A stretch of DNA of 64,000 nucleotides. Source: Octopus bimaculoides (taxonomy: Eukaryota). Shown in pieces: positions 12,095-26,526 of the stretch (its first letter is position 1; each line of letters begins with the position of its first letter). The stretch lies in assembly GCF_001194135.2 (NCBI RefSeq), contig NC_068985.1, positions 90,021,354-90,085,353 on the forward strand, written 5' to 3'. Made by a program: the position numbers and the translations under genes. Below the pieces are notes generated by a model. The model was not told the origin of the DNA, ran no database searches, and saw nothing but the letters and a program-made list of their open reading frames with translations.

Positions 12095-14282
12095 AATGGA
12101 GATTTATATTAATAAGAAACGGGCAGGAAAATGGTCCTGAATGTTTCAAATAACAAATCAGGAAGCAACAGACGGTAAAAGTGTATAATTAATAGCTATA
12201 AATTAATGGAGTACTAGCTCACAACATCTACACGTTGCTTTACTGGTTACCTCAAAATCGAAATCCTACGCATCTTTGTAGAAATTTATAAAATCATTTG
12301 ATACGCAAAACTGCTACAGAAATAGATAACTTACGACTATTGTTTAATGAAGTAAAAGGAAAATGCCGGAAAAGAAATGTTTAACAAAGAAGAAAGACAT
12401 AGACGGAGCGAGAAAAATAGAGATAAAGATAAAAAAGACAGGTGGAAGAGAATAAAAATGGAAGGGTACAGGGGAGGGAGACGAATAGGGAAATATGTCG
12501 GTCAATATTTGTTGTAGAAAGACTTCGACAATACGAATACAAATACGGGGAAATAAAGAAATGTAAAACAATTACAACGTAAAGCAACATTTCTTAGAGT
12601 CAACACGAGGGATTACATTTAGTAACAGGGCAATAAATTCTGGCATTGGTTCAACGTAGGAGTCACTCAAGAATCAATAAATTATAACGAAGTTTTTCTG
12701 AGACAACAAACCTTACAATCGGTTAGATGTTTTTTTTCAAATTTGCAAATATATTTTTTCTTAATTATTCATTAATCGTCAATTTTTATAGACGTAATTT
12801 TTGCCGTACATTGTTAAATGATTTACATGGCTTCCTAAGCATAACACATTTGTCTGAGGATGTGTGTGTATTTGTCTGTGTTTGTCTGTGACATCTTTAA
12901 TTCTATAGAATTTTTTATAATATTCTCTTAATGAAGATAACGGGAGTTATATGAAAGGTATAGAGAAAGTTATTACCTAGAGTTACGCTGATAAAATGCG
13001 TTGCAAAACTCCTAGACTAGGAGATACATTATTTTAGCAAAACGAATTCAAAGTTTTATTAAAATTCAGGCATTTCATATATTCTACTGTGACTTGACTG
13101 GGCCAGTCGAAATTAAATTTACATTGTCTCACAGTTGTAATTTTCTCTTTTTTATGTGTTGTTTTTACTCTCGACACATGTATTCGTAGATGCTTCTCAG
13201 AAATGACGCAAATCAACAGGTACGTTATATCGGTTTATGATATAAAATCCCGTCGCTTGACATGCAAAACCATTCCCCTATATGTTTAGCTTCATGCATT
13301 TTGTATTCGCACAAAAGATCTGAATAAATTAATACAATTTTCTACAAATTGTTCCATTTCAATAGAATCTTTAATATAGTAAACACAATATCAGTAATAT
13401 TTCATGTATTGTATTTGAACAGAGATGCATACGAGTACTCAGACCTGAACACAAATGCGCGCGCACACGCACACACACACACACACNNNNNNNNNNNNNN
13501 NNNNNNNNNNNNNNNNNNNNNNNNNNNNNNNNNNNNNNNNNNNNNNNNNNNNNNNNNNNNNNNNNNNNNNNNNNNNNNNNNNNNNNNNNNNNNNNNNNNN
13601 NNNNNNNNNNNNNNNNNNNNNNNNNNNNNNNNNNNTATATATACGCCTCCTCTTCCAAGTAAGTTTTATCTTAATCATTCTGATGCGCACTCTATACGAT
13701 CTTTTTACACTATCGTTTCTCTCTCTTTCTCTCTCTTATTCTTTTATCTCCTCTTCTCCCACTATTCTATCCCATTACTCTGTCACCCTCTCTCCCTCTC
13801 TCCTCCTCACTTCCTCGCGTGGCTCACACGTGGCCATCGGCCATCTTTCTGTCTTCTAACTTGTGTTTCTTCCTTTCCCTCCGTTGTAGCTGGAACAAGG
13901 ATGACGCGTTCTTGTCTGTTTCCTGTCGAAGCCTGATTTATGCGTTCACCACCACAACCTCGTTTAGGCTTAGCATCCCTTCCTGTTTGTTTTCACTGTC
14001 CTCTTTGTGTTACCATTTTTGACCCTCCGCAAAATCACAAGTTTCATTCCATTTGCTTTGCGGGAGAAAGTGTTCTATCGGAAGAGAATATATATATTGT
14101 TGTTAAATGCTCGAATTACGAGAGTAGAAAGACATCCACCAACTGATGAAGGGTCTTTCTTTATGCTGTTTGTCCTGTTTTGCGTTTGTGACTTTCGAAG
14201 TTCGAAAAAATGGTTCATATTCCAGGTACTCGCACTTCGTACATTTTTTTGTACGCGCTTCGTGACACCCAGTGCCGACATC

Positions 14283-14314
<32 letters not shown>

Positions 14315-16582
14315 CGTATAGATGTAAGTATGCACATATACATATGTATATATGCATATATATATATATANNNNNNNNNNNNNNNNNNNNNNNNNNNNNN
14401 NNNNNNNNNNNNNNNNNNNNNNNNNNNNNNNNNNNNNNNNNNNNNNNNNNNNNNNNNNNNNNNNNNNNNNNNNNNNNNNNNNNNNNNNNNNNNNNNNNNN
14501 NNNNNNNNNNNNNNNNNNNNNNNNNNNNNNNNNNNNNNNNNNNNNNNNNNNNNNNNNNNNNNNNNNNNNNNNNNNNNNNNNNNNNNNNNNNNNNNNNNNN
14601 NNNNNNNNNNNNNNNNNNNNNNNNNNNNNNNNNNNNNNNNNNNNNNNNNNNNNNNNNNNNNNNNNNNNNNNNNNNNNNNNNNNNNNNNNTATATATATAT
14701 ATATATATTATTCATATTATATATATACATATGTGTGTGTATGTGTGTGTGTGTGTGTGTATGTGAAAGTTTGTTTCTTCATACGTATATGTAGAAATAA
14801 ATCTCACTTTTAATTCTACTCAAGCAATAAAGGGATATTTTGAGATTTTATAAAAACAAATTGTGCTCTTTTTGATGTTTCTAATATTTTGCTAGTTAAT
14901 TGTGTTAAAAATAAGAAATTATTATGAATAGACTATTTTGTTCAGGTTTTATTATCATATGATATTAATTAGTATTTATTTGGGCAGAATATCTATATAT
15001 GTACAGCAATATTTCTCCTGGATTAGAAGTTTATTTTAATATCATTCCAGTTAATATTAATTGAAGCACCTGTAATATATAAACTAAAATACTTTTTTTG
15101 TCTGATATAATATTTTCTCTGATTTCATTATTTCAATTTCCAGTGAAGTTTCTTGATACCGTGTGACATATAATGCACTTCGTTGCTCTTTTGAATAAAA
15201 CGAAATATAGCGAGATAATCTGAATGGAAATAAAATTGAATGATTGCCTAAATGTTAGGAAAGCATCATTAAAGAAACGTTTTGTTGCATTTAATATTTG
15301 ACATCGTATAAAATTAAATACTTAATACAACTCTTATTTTGTTTTTTATTGTTCATGTGCATTGCATCAGTTCAGAAACTTAATATGAACAACAAAGTAT
15401 AACGTAAACCATTTTAGCTTGATTTTCTCGTATGTCAAGCACGTCAGCCTGTCATGATACACAATATCTGTGACATTCTACTTTATTAGAAACATATGTC
15501 GTTTAACATTTACACACCATTTTGTAAAAGAAACATTTCTTTGACTGATTGTGCTATTTCATTTTGTTTTTAATAATTTTGATTTTGAGAACTTTATGTG
15601 AATTAAGTTACTTCGTCAAATTATTTAAAATGTTCTGATACGTTACGTAAAAAGTTCAGGTTACATGATGCTTCCGTCTTTACCAATTACTTGACAATTG
15701 TTTAAAACATGGAGGAGTATTTATTAAATTAATAAACTGAAGATAAACAAAGTTAAACTTTCAGTCATAATCCATAATCTGATGTTCAAAAACATGAAGT
15801 AGAAACACCAACATTTTATAGAAAAAAAAAAAAAAAACTTATTTTATCATGTGATAAATGTAATTTCCCGATAGACGGGAAATCGTGGATGCGTTCTTGC
15901 ACAATTGGCCTCTCCTACACTAGTTTAAACAAAATGCGACAAAAGTATACACAACACTATTAATAGATGTAAAATTTAGTATCTGCGGATGGATATTATA
16001 TTGCAACGGTGTGGAGTGAACGTCTACGTAGTTTATTTACGAAACAATTTACTGTATCTTTTCGTTCATTTGAGTTATGTACTATTCACACGCTTCCAGA
16101 TAAAACATGTTTTTATAATGGTCGCCCTATCTGACCGGTGAGGCAGTGCTACGATTGCTCATTTCTTTTCTGTAGGTTCGAATTTCATAATTATTGGCCT
16201 TCCACAATATAAACTATTTTAATAGATATATTTAAATTTAAGCAAACGGGACCATAATTCCCTGATTTTGAAACATCTGGAATGATGGAAGCACATTCGG
16301 TGACAGGATTCGCTCAATCTCACGGTAATTGTTTTGAAAAATCATTATAAATTATTAGTTTAATATACAATTCAATTTTTTTATTACACCTGTACTCATG
16401 TGAATGAAAGAAACCAGGTTTGTCATAGTCTTATATTATCTAGATTAATACTCCTCGTTATTGTCTCCTTATAGCGTCAAACTAAACCGGAAGTGTTCGA
16501 AATCCAGCACTGTTGCACCAAATAGATGCCATCAGTGCAATGGATGAGGCACAGGGAGAGGGCGAAAGACGTCAGGTACTAC

Positions 16583-17245
16583 ATGGCAAGACTGACACGA
16601 AATCAGAGGGAGCAAGCCATCCGACGTATCCGTGCTGGTCAACGTCCATGAGTCATTGCTAATGACTTGAACTGCATTATTCGGACAACTGAACGGCTGA
16701 GAGAACGAAACAATGCCAAAAACAGCACGGATGATTGTCCACTGAGTGGTCGACCGATGGTTACAACGGCACGTCAAGATAACCACCTGCACTGACAGCG
16801 CTTGCGGGATCGATTCCAGAGGGCAACAAAATCAGCTAGGCAGACGATGGGGACTCACCACAGACCCATTTGTGCAGAGACAGTTCGCCGCATGCGGAGG
16901 TCTTTACACCTGTCTCGTAGACGTGTGGCTAGGTGTCACATCCTCAGGTATCATTATAGACGGGCACGTCTGCGAAGGGCTCAAAAACGTCAGAACTAGC
17001 GATATCAGCAGTTAAAGATTGTAGTCTTTTCTGATGAAAGTTGATATTGCATTTCTGTGGCAGATGGCGGAGCAAGGGTTTGGAAAATAAGCCGTGAACG
17101 CCATGGTGGTGAGAGACATCATAGTATGGAGTGAAATTTCACTTTTACAGAAACTTGGAAAGGTTGTCTTCGAAAACATCGGTCAAATCCGGGGCAATGG
17201 AGTAACCGATGCTCGCTACATCGAACAAGTGTTGAGGTCTCTGGT
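16583..17245 (+). pseudogene. Tc1-family transposase pseudogene, 3'-truncated
   Basis: From the ATG at 16583: MARLTRNQREQAIRRIRAG (HTH), SGRP.VTT, AETVRR, VFSDES, DGGARVWK, and after a deletion or frameshift a GG..IIVWSEIS block. There are several in-frame stops, and the later catalytic D and E and the TIRs are not seen. Confidence 0.88.
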
Positions 17246-18854
17246 ATGAAGGATAACCACAATAGACATAGTCATTGTATCTTACGTATTGTTTAAGTCA
17301 ATATTTAAGAGCTGTCTAGTAGAATAAATAGCATTTTTCGCCAATTTACCTCTTCATTGTTTATAGTGAAGGAAGTTATTTATGTTTATAAGCTTTTCCT
17401 TCTTTGTGAGCTGAACATTATGTCACACTGCCAACATGACGTATTAAAACTTCTTCAAACTATGGTTGAGAAATACACAAAGAAAAAAAAAGACTGTTGT
17501 AACACACTGCATAATTTATACGTCAATATATTAACCGATGTTAAAGTGTTAAGCTGAACATACAAGTTTTCATTTTTCTAAAGAATTCATCATAATTTAT
17601 TGCAAAAGTAAAATTAACTATTTTTACTTTTACAGCGCATGCTTGAATAGATAGGATTCTCAAGCAAACACTAGATTCTATCACAATTGTGTAGTCCTTA
17701 AAATACACATTTGGGATTAGATTTGTGTAATGTTCATAATAAAAGAAAATAAACGCTGATTTGATTTATTGTCTTCCTAGATATTTAAATTGAAATATAT
17801 ATATATACATACACAAAGATACATATATCATTAAATCAAATGTATTTGCATTTGAACGATTTATTCAGCTGCAACTTTCTCCAACATCAATATCGAGGTC
17901 AAAGTAATATCACATCTCTCTTTACATTCAGACTAATCCTTTTGTACACATACTTTTCTATTGATATTTCCAGTGAAATTTCATGTTCTACAATGTTGTT
18001 GACATTGTGCATCATGAATGGGAATAACATATACGACGAAAAGCGAGTTTTGGAGTTTTATGCACGTTACAGAGATTAGTATGTTGGTATTAGAAATGAT
18101 ACTTGTGTTACTTTCCACGGTGCTAGATATGGTCTCGTTTTTTGCTTTGGTAAAAAAATCAATCGGAATTGCACATAAATGCTGAATGACATCCCATTAC
18201 ACAAATATCTATCATTTTAATATTATCATTAGTTTCCTTTTTGTTTCAGTCTAACCTGTGACCATGCTGGGTAACCGCTATGAAGAATTTTAATGGAAAA
18301 CATCGACCCGGTTTACATATTCATTTTAAGCCTGGTATTTATTTTCTTTCGACGAACTTCTAATTTACGTGGACGTAATCGAACTGACAATGATTGTTAA
18401 GTAATGGTAGGGAACAAACACGAATGCAAAGACACATATAGATAATATATATATATATATATATANNNNNNNNNNNNNNNNNNNNNNNNNNNNNNNNNNN
18501 NNNNNNNNNNNNNNNNNNNNNNNNNNNNNNNNNNNNNNNNNNNNNNNNNNNNNNNNNNNNNNNNNNNNNNNNNNNNNNNNNNNNNNNNNNNNNNNNNNNN
18601 NNNNNNNNNNNNNNNNNNNNNNNNNNNNNNNNNNNNNNNNNNNNNNNNNNNNNNNNNNNNNNNNNNNNNNNNNNNNNNNNNNNNNNNNNNNNNNNNNNNN
18701 NNNNNNNNNNNNNNNNNNNNNNNNNNNNNNNNNNNNNNNNNNNNNNNNNNNNNNNNNNNNNNNNNNNNNNNNNNNNNNNNNNNNNNNNNNNNNNNNNNNN
18801 NNNNNNNNNNNNNNNNNNNNNNNNNNNNNNNNNNNNNNNNNNATATATACGAAA

Positions 18855-18935
18855 GGCTTCTCTCAGGTTCCGGCTAGCGAATCCAATCACAAATATTTTG
18901 TCGGTCCGAGGCTATAAAAGATGCCACGCAGTTAG
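18855..18935 (-). mobile_element. Fragment of a CORE-like tRNA SINE
   Basis: AAATATTTTGTCGGTCCGAGGCTATAAAAGATGCCACGCAG is a degenerate reverse complement of the body seen at 62865-63031. Confidence 0.5.
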
Positions 18936-21581
18936 ACTTAGAAAACTATATGGTTACTGGTTCAGGCCCACGCGTGGGTTTTGTGATAGGTACCTTAAGT
19001 GGCCTCTTGTCCGTCGGTGCTTTGCGAGTGAATTTGGTACTGGTAATCTTTGTTGAAGCCCATATATTTATACATACATGCATACATATAATATGTAGTA
19101 GCTGCTTTTTCATATAAGGTGATTCCGTATAGATTCAATAAAAAGATTGATACAAGTTAAAGATAAAAAGTAACCTTATTTCATTCCATCCTCTACGTAA
19201 GTTTGCAAAATGCTGCTAAAATATGTTTTCTTTCACGTCTTAAGGTCACTCCTTCTCTTTTACTTACGCTACTCCACTCTCTGTATGTTGTGAATTGTGA
19301 CTGAGGAAGTCAATCAACCATCATTGCTTTTCACTATCTTTTATATTGAAACCCTGCAACTATTCGTTCCGATTATGTAGGTGCTAATATACTACAATTA
19401 ATGAGAATTAAATCGATTAGGAATGTCTTGTACTAACTCTGATGATTGCAATTTGTAATTCAGATTATGGTCGTTTAAAGATTAATGTTAACCACTGCAA
19501 TTAGCATCGGATTATTTGTTAGTGAAAATAAATAAATTACATTATCTATAATTAAAAAAAAAAGCGATAGACGCGTTCAAACATCTCAGTAAGTCATTAA
19601 CAAATACCTGTAATACCAACGTGTTCATGAAATTATTAATAACTTCAGTATATTGTAACCTTAATACATAGAAGAAAAAAAGACAACTATCATCTAATGT
19701 ATTCATCACGAACTCGGTATTATCATTATTAAAATTTTATTTCTGACTTCAAATTTAAGTACCAAAATAAAATTTACTGCTATTTGAGTATCTATAAAAA
19801 ACATAACGCTTGTTTATCATCAGCCTTAGATGAATCAGCAGGATGTATAATAACAGAGCTCTTCATAAACAAATTTCAGTTGGTGTAGTCAGAAAACTTG
19901 TAGCGTTTGTTTTTCATTTAACATTTTCGTTCAGTTTTGAAGTAATGCTAAAACATTTACGCAGTTGTAGCGCTCTCTAAATTTCGTGTTTATTTATTCT
20001 ACGAGAATGCATGTATGGAATTGAATTCATGATCTAAGAAGACAAATCTTATGATAATGAAATATGTGTTCAGATCATCCAGTGAATTTAATATTCATTC
20101 TTTAGAATATGAATCTAAAAAATATGGAAATATTTTAAAAAGTACACATCTAAGAGACATGAGAAAGATACCATCTAGACAAATATGAAAAAAAAAAAAA
20201 AAAATACTATATTTAAAAATACTATATTCTTTGGGAAAATTCTTTTTCAAAAACAATTCTAAAATTTCTGAGTTTTCACAAAAGATTTCTGTTGAAATGC
20301 GTTTCCGGAAAGCATAGTTTTAGAAAAAAATTGTTAAGATGATTAAATAACTATTTAATTTTAGAATGCTTTTGCTAAGATAAACTAATCAACGTAAATT
20401 TCTGCTCAATTATCGTAGTGATTTTGTCGTTCATGTAAATAGCATTCACAACAAGACAAAGCTTTGATCATGTGATGGAATATATGGAAAAGAAAGATTT
20501 TACGCTAGAATTATTCAATTAGTTCATTCAATTTAACTGAGTGTTACTAGTAATTGAAATATTTCTACATTAAACACGGATAAATATTTTAAAACATGTT
20601 TTCTTATTCTCATGTTTATCTTAAAACAAAATATATTCTGAGAAGGAAAAGAAACGACAAATATGTGTAAAAATCTTAAAATGAAATTAGTTTACTAATT
20701 AGAAAGGATGATTTCCTTTCGAAATAAATTATTTTCCATTGTTATATGTATCAGGAGAAAATGTTTTCAGTTTTATTTGGACGTAATATTTCTGAATATG
20801 GCTACATCATACGATACATTATATACTATATTAATTATAGGAGTACAAATCTGAGTGGAATAACTTGTTACGTAAAATCAACGACTTTGAACCATTTTAA
20901 TTTTATTTGTCGAAATACACAGGTTGCTAGTTACACCAAAAGTACCTTGTTCTAATAATAGTATGGTGATTAAAACAACAAAAAAACAAACAAATATGCG
21001 TCCATACTCCATAGTATATACAAAAATCGTTATGAAAATGACCGGAATAATTATGAAAATAATTAATTCCGTCAGATATGGATTAAGGTAAAATACCTTA
21101 AACTGAAATGTGTTAAAGTACAACACGGATATTACGATAGGATTACGTGAAAGGAATGAATCAATTATATACATTTTAAAGAAATTGATACGAAATATAG
21201 TCACCATCATCATCAAACAACTCTGTATTCTAAACCATTTCCACTAAAACAATAAATGGGAAGGTGTATTAAGTCGAATAAGGAAGTTAAATTCCATAAG
21301 AATTTCCACTGACGTACAAAAAAGTGTTTGTGCCTCAGATGGCAGTATCATTGCTAATATATTAAATGAATTGCATTAAGTTTGACATCCATGAGTGCGA
21401 GGATTCCACAAATATGTCTAATCCCCATAAACTCTTCTGGTAACATCAGTGACACAATCCAGGTGATCCTTGGTAGCAAGGGTGTATAAACCTATGGTAT
21501 ATATGTATATCTATATGTGGCGCGTGTGTGTATGTGCGTATGCGTGTGTCTGTGTCTAGGTGTGTGAGTACGTGTTTGCGC

Positions 21582-21619
<38 letters not shown>

Positions 21620-22379
21620 NNNNNNNNNNNNNNNNNNNNNNNNNNNNNNNNNNNNNNNNNNNNNNNNNNNNNNNNNNNNNNNNNNNNNNNNNNNNNNNNN
21701 NNNNNNNNNNNNNNNNNNNNNNNNNNTGTGTGTGTGTGTGTATAAATGCATGTATATTTCTAAAATAATCAAGGTGTAGCATAGCCAACGATGGTACCCC
21801 ACCATGCCCGCCGTTTTAAGGTTAAAAACATGTTAAAGAGCTATAGACACACACACACACACACACACACTCACACAAAAGACGAAAATTTATTTTTGCA
21901 CGCATAGACCCTGTTAGAACAGCAGAAATATTAGGTAAATTACCCTTACAAAGCAGTAAAAATTCTCAACAGCAGTAAAATGTGCGAACTGTACATGGAT
22001 GAATATAAACAAACGTCTGTTTTTTTTTTTTAATATTTTATAATCGATGTAATATGTATTGTAAGATACAAATACGATAATAAATTGTGTTCAAATGATA
22101 ATTTATATTTGAATGCTGAGAGACAGCTCTTCGTCTTTTCAACTCTTTCTCCTTCCCTCCTGTCGCGTCTAAACTTCTCTTCACTCTTGATATCAAGAGT
22201 CTATGTTGTGAAAAATGGAGTTCCAGACAGGAGAAGGTAATTAGGGATTTTTTTCCGGTATAAGGGAGATAATCGAAATGCTGGGAATGACTAGGTTTTA
22301 TTAATTTAACATGATTTAGTTTAGAAGGAATAGAATATTACAAGTGGTTAGGTTTTGCTTTATATTTTTTTCCATGAGG

Positions 22380-22565
22380 TGAGTTTCCTTATTTAAAATG
22401 TCAGGTTGAGTTTTGGCTTATATTTTTCAATGAAGAAGGTTTCCCTATTCAATCTAACTTGTGTTGGTGTTCCAATGGCACATTAATAGAATGGAAAGAT
22501 TACAAATTGTAGGAGAAATTTGCTTTGCGCATTTCTCAATATGTTCACTAAAGGTTATCATTCTG
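22380..22565 (-). mobile_element. PLE GIY-YIG endonuclease C-terminal fragment
   Basis: Minus strand reads TFSEH...ICNLSILL, then after a frameshift VRLNRETFFIEKYKPKLNLTF*, matching the R..E..FI..YKP.LN end motif of PLE endonucleases. Confidence 0.6.
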
Positions 22566-22574
22566 TATTCTGGG

Positions 22575-22785
22575 AATGCAATCTGTTGTCGATGCATAAC
22601 GAAGGACTCCTTGACTTCAAACCCTTCCCAGACGTTCGACACAACCCTCGACTGACACGTTCACACTTCTTCGTCTGGCCGAACTTGTTCTCTCCTTCAA
22701 GTGCCTCTCGTTCGCGGGGATGTTTTACCCTGGAGTGGCCATGGGAACGAGAATGGGCCCCAAATTACTCTTGCAATGCGGAAAA
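22575..22785 (+). mobile_element. PLE reverse transcriptase fragment
   Basis: Reads HNEGLL, then after a frameshift PSTDTFTLLRLAELVLSFKCLSFAGMFY-PGVAMGTRMGP, the typical PLE RT region around motif B'. Confidence 0.85.
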
Positions 22786-24541
22786 TTTTGTTTCATGTGG
22801 GTCATATTGGAAGAAGGGAACTATAAAAACTGAGGGGCTGGGATTGAGCATGTATGCCCCTGTGCAGGAACATAACATCATAATAGAAGTGCGATTCTCG
22901 AAGAAAGAATACACTAACTCGCAATCCAATTTATTGACATAAAGTGAAGTTATGTATAACACGTCCTCTAATTTTTCATTTGAGGCATCCCTGGTAAAAA
23001 CATACAGCCATTCACATGTATACATAAAATTCACACCCAACCTCGCACTCATGTAGATAATCTTGTGTGAGTCTGAATGTTTTGGGAGTCTAACTGACCG
23101 AGTTATCCGGAGTTAACTGACCAAGAGATCTGCAAATACATAGCACTGTTCTGTTTTCGAAAACTACATCGTCAGTTGGTTCCCGATAAGCTGGCATGAT
23201 ACGATTAACAAATATATAAAATAAAATAAATGAATAAATACTTTTTAATTTAAAAAAAACCCTAAAATCTTAAAGAAAAAATACCCTGCAAAATACGTTT
23301 ATATAATATATCTTGGTACACCTACACTAATAAATTATTTCAGTATTTAAGATGGAATGTACATACGCTAAGCTGAATTGATGTTCTATCGCAACACCAT
23401 ACACTAACAAATAGGTAGAAGAAATAAATACATCGGAAATAAATACATAGGTAGAAGAAATAAATACATCGGAATACCGAAGTAGATAATGTATATTTTA
23501 TAATCAAAGTACAACTTCAGTCTGTACACATGTTATTAGAAATATTTGTTGAATGCTAATCAATCTCATACGGCTTTTCAGAAATTCACGACAAATACCT
23601 TAGTACACAAATAACATTCACTCATTTTGTTTTGCTTTCTTTTCTCCATTTCTGTTGTGACAAACACTTTTTCGCTGATTATTTAATTTATATTTGACAT
23701 TGCCTCGAGATTTTTTCTCTCTCTAAATATTGTAGTAAGTGAATTATTTTCTAGATTAAGTTAGAAAAATTTACAAAATCAAATTTCAAAATATCAATAT
23801 AATTAAATTTAAAAAAATATCATGCTATTGTAATACCCACTGAGCTTTTCTCTTGGTGAAGCCGAAAGCAATTATAGTTCGAGGAATGTTTATTGATGAG
23901 AGAATCAATATAAGTGAATTGCTCATAAAAATATCAGAGTCCACGGTGGGTGGGGGTAAATGTATAGCCCGTATGATTTGAACTCAAACTTATGAGTATG
24001 TATACAATGCTGTATAATTATATTCGTCCGCAACTTTTGGGGTCTCAAATTCTATCAAGATTTTCCATAAAACAAAAGAAGTTTTATACGATGTCTCTTC
24101 TTGATTGCCATTCAATACCAACTCTAATATAATATGTGAATATGAATATGTCTTTATCATTGCGTATGTGTGTGCATGTATGTGTGTGTGTGAGTGTGTG
24201 TATGTGTGTGTGTGTGTGTGTGAGCATTTATCAGACAAACACAAGTGTATATATCTGTCCACATGTAACTGTCTGTGAGTGAATGTTTTTTTGTATCTGA
24301 TTTCCAAATACATATCTACATACATTCAACATGCCTTCAGTTGTGATCCGCCCTGTAACTATTACCTGCCCCGCAAAATATCATTTTATTGTCGAAAACA
24401 CGCCAATAATAACTTTTCACACATAAAATGTTCCCTGTATATCTATCCATTAATAATGGGAAGAAGGATAGCTATATAATCATAGAATCGATATTAACAT
24501 AAAATAATTTGCAATATATTTCCGGTATATAAATATATTAC

Positions 24542-24598
24542 CTTTCGTCAGAGAGAAAACGTAAGTCGATGATATTGAGGCGCAGACAGATAAGGTTT
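24542..24598 (-). other. Weak candidate 57-nt exon on the minus strand
   Basis: ataattccgcag|AAACC...CGAAAG|gtaata. The length is divisible by 3 and two frames are open; no homology is recognised. Confidence 0.25.
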
Positions 24599-26526
24599 CT
24601 GCGGAATTATACGCAAACTTTACAAGCACACACATAAACATATCCCAACACAAGACACATACATTTACATGCACGCACAAACATACACATTCATTCACAC
24701 GCATAAAGTGAGTATATATAATCTACGTATTTGTGTTTGTGTGTATTAAATGTAATGTATGTTTGTGAGTTTTTGTTAAATTTCCCCGATAAGAGTCAAT
24801 GAAAATCCAATATTTATTAGATTTTCTTAATTGGCAACTAAAATATCTAGTAGCTCTGTGATAACAAATAATGAATATATTCTTGGCCAAATTACATTTC
24901 TCTTTGCAGCTTGAAGCTTATCGCTAGTATTTCACTTTATGGTGCCAAATGACCTGAGAGGTTAAGGTTTGGAAATCAGATATTTTATTATGGGATTATT
25001 CTCTTTTGATGTATTTTTCAAAAAGTGTCGTTTCAATATTTTTTCCGACTAATAAATCTATTTGTTATTAAGTTATTTTTGTTCCAATTGTTTTCTGTTC
25101 GATTACATTTGGTTTCGTATGTTCGAATATAAAAGCGTTTGAAATATAAGTTTCTGGCATTCAGTCAACTTGAAATATTTCCAGTGTAACATGCGAGTGG
25201 CGGTATTTATTTGAAAACTTTATTTCTCTATATTGAAATCGTATTCTACTTATAAATATTTCTTCCAATTATTATTTGAAAAGAAATGTAAATACAGGAA
25301 GTGTGAATATGATATACAATTTTGCAGGTCGACTGGCGAAGATTGTAGACGAGAATGTTGAAGAGGATAGTTTAACGGACAGTATATATGATATATTTAA
25401 AGAAAAACCTCTACGCATGCGCGAAATAACTCACATTTCTGGGCATGCATGTCTTTATGCAGGTATATATCTATATACATACACACATACACACACACAC
25501 ACACACAAACATAACTGCATACATATACATAGATACATTACATACATGCATGTTGTTTGGGACAGGCAGGAGAAGATGTGTGCTGTCATAGTTGTTTGTT
25601 GTCCCGGAGATGCTTATATCTCTTTAAAAATCCAACAGAAAGCGGAAGACTATGGAGAATTGCTTCGAAAACTCCAGCTTCTATACAAATATACGATCTG
25701 GATAAGCTTGAATTTTCTGAAAAAGAAGTCAACCAACCAACTGACACATTATAGATACAATGTGTAAGGGGAACAGTCAACAGATGCAATAATTTTCTTC
25801 TGATATTTTCACATATTTTTATCGCATTTTCACTTATCGAGACACAAAATTACAATATAGAACGCAGTTTTATATAGAAATGAAGACGGTGGATCTGTTC
25901 CAACACTTCTAGCATACGACAGAACTTTGTCGTGTTTCGATCTAGAATACTTAAAAAAATTTCCATTGTTAATGTTGTTGAACTCATGCAGTACATCTTG
26001 TCTCGATTATTATGACGTTAAAAACTGGATAGACAATTAATTGAATGTGGCTTGTACATTAAAAGAAGTCCTGCTTGGAAGTCTTAAATATTTATTTAAG
26101 AAAGGAATCTTCTTTGGTTTAATAGTTATTTCGAAGTGTGTGACTATATCAAGCCGGCAATTAATCCTCTAAGAGTGTTTCAATTTATCCTCTATAAGTG
26201 TTTAATTACTTTCGTGGAGTTAATGAGCTTACTAAAAACTGTTTTATATAAAATTTGTCGTCAACACGAGCAATGTTTTCAAAATTTTCATTTGAAATCC
26301 TCAAATACCCGCCAACAAGTCTATTTGTTTCTTCCGCTCATGCACAATTAACCCATTGTTCGTTCCGTGGGTTTATTGGAAATATATTAAGGCAACAATG
26401 ATTTAAATACAAAATAACACTTTGCTCCGTCAGTATTGTTTTACAGTTACTGAATATATATTGTACTTCTGGAATCTGCGTGGAAAAAAAAACGGGAAAA
26501 TTACCCGCCTTGCTTTTTAATCTCAG

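Noticed and set aside
14130-14240. CTGATGAAGGG in a PLE-like terminal sequence
   Set aside because: There is no pairable stem II and no properly placed GAAA; at most it is a decayed remnant.
23405-23480. Short tandem duplication of AGGTAGAAGAAATAAATACATCGGAA
   Set aside because: Two copies with a small spacer are explained by ordinary slippage; this is not CRISPR-like or a satellite.
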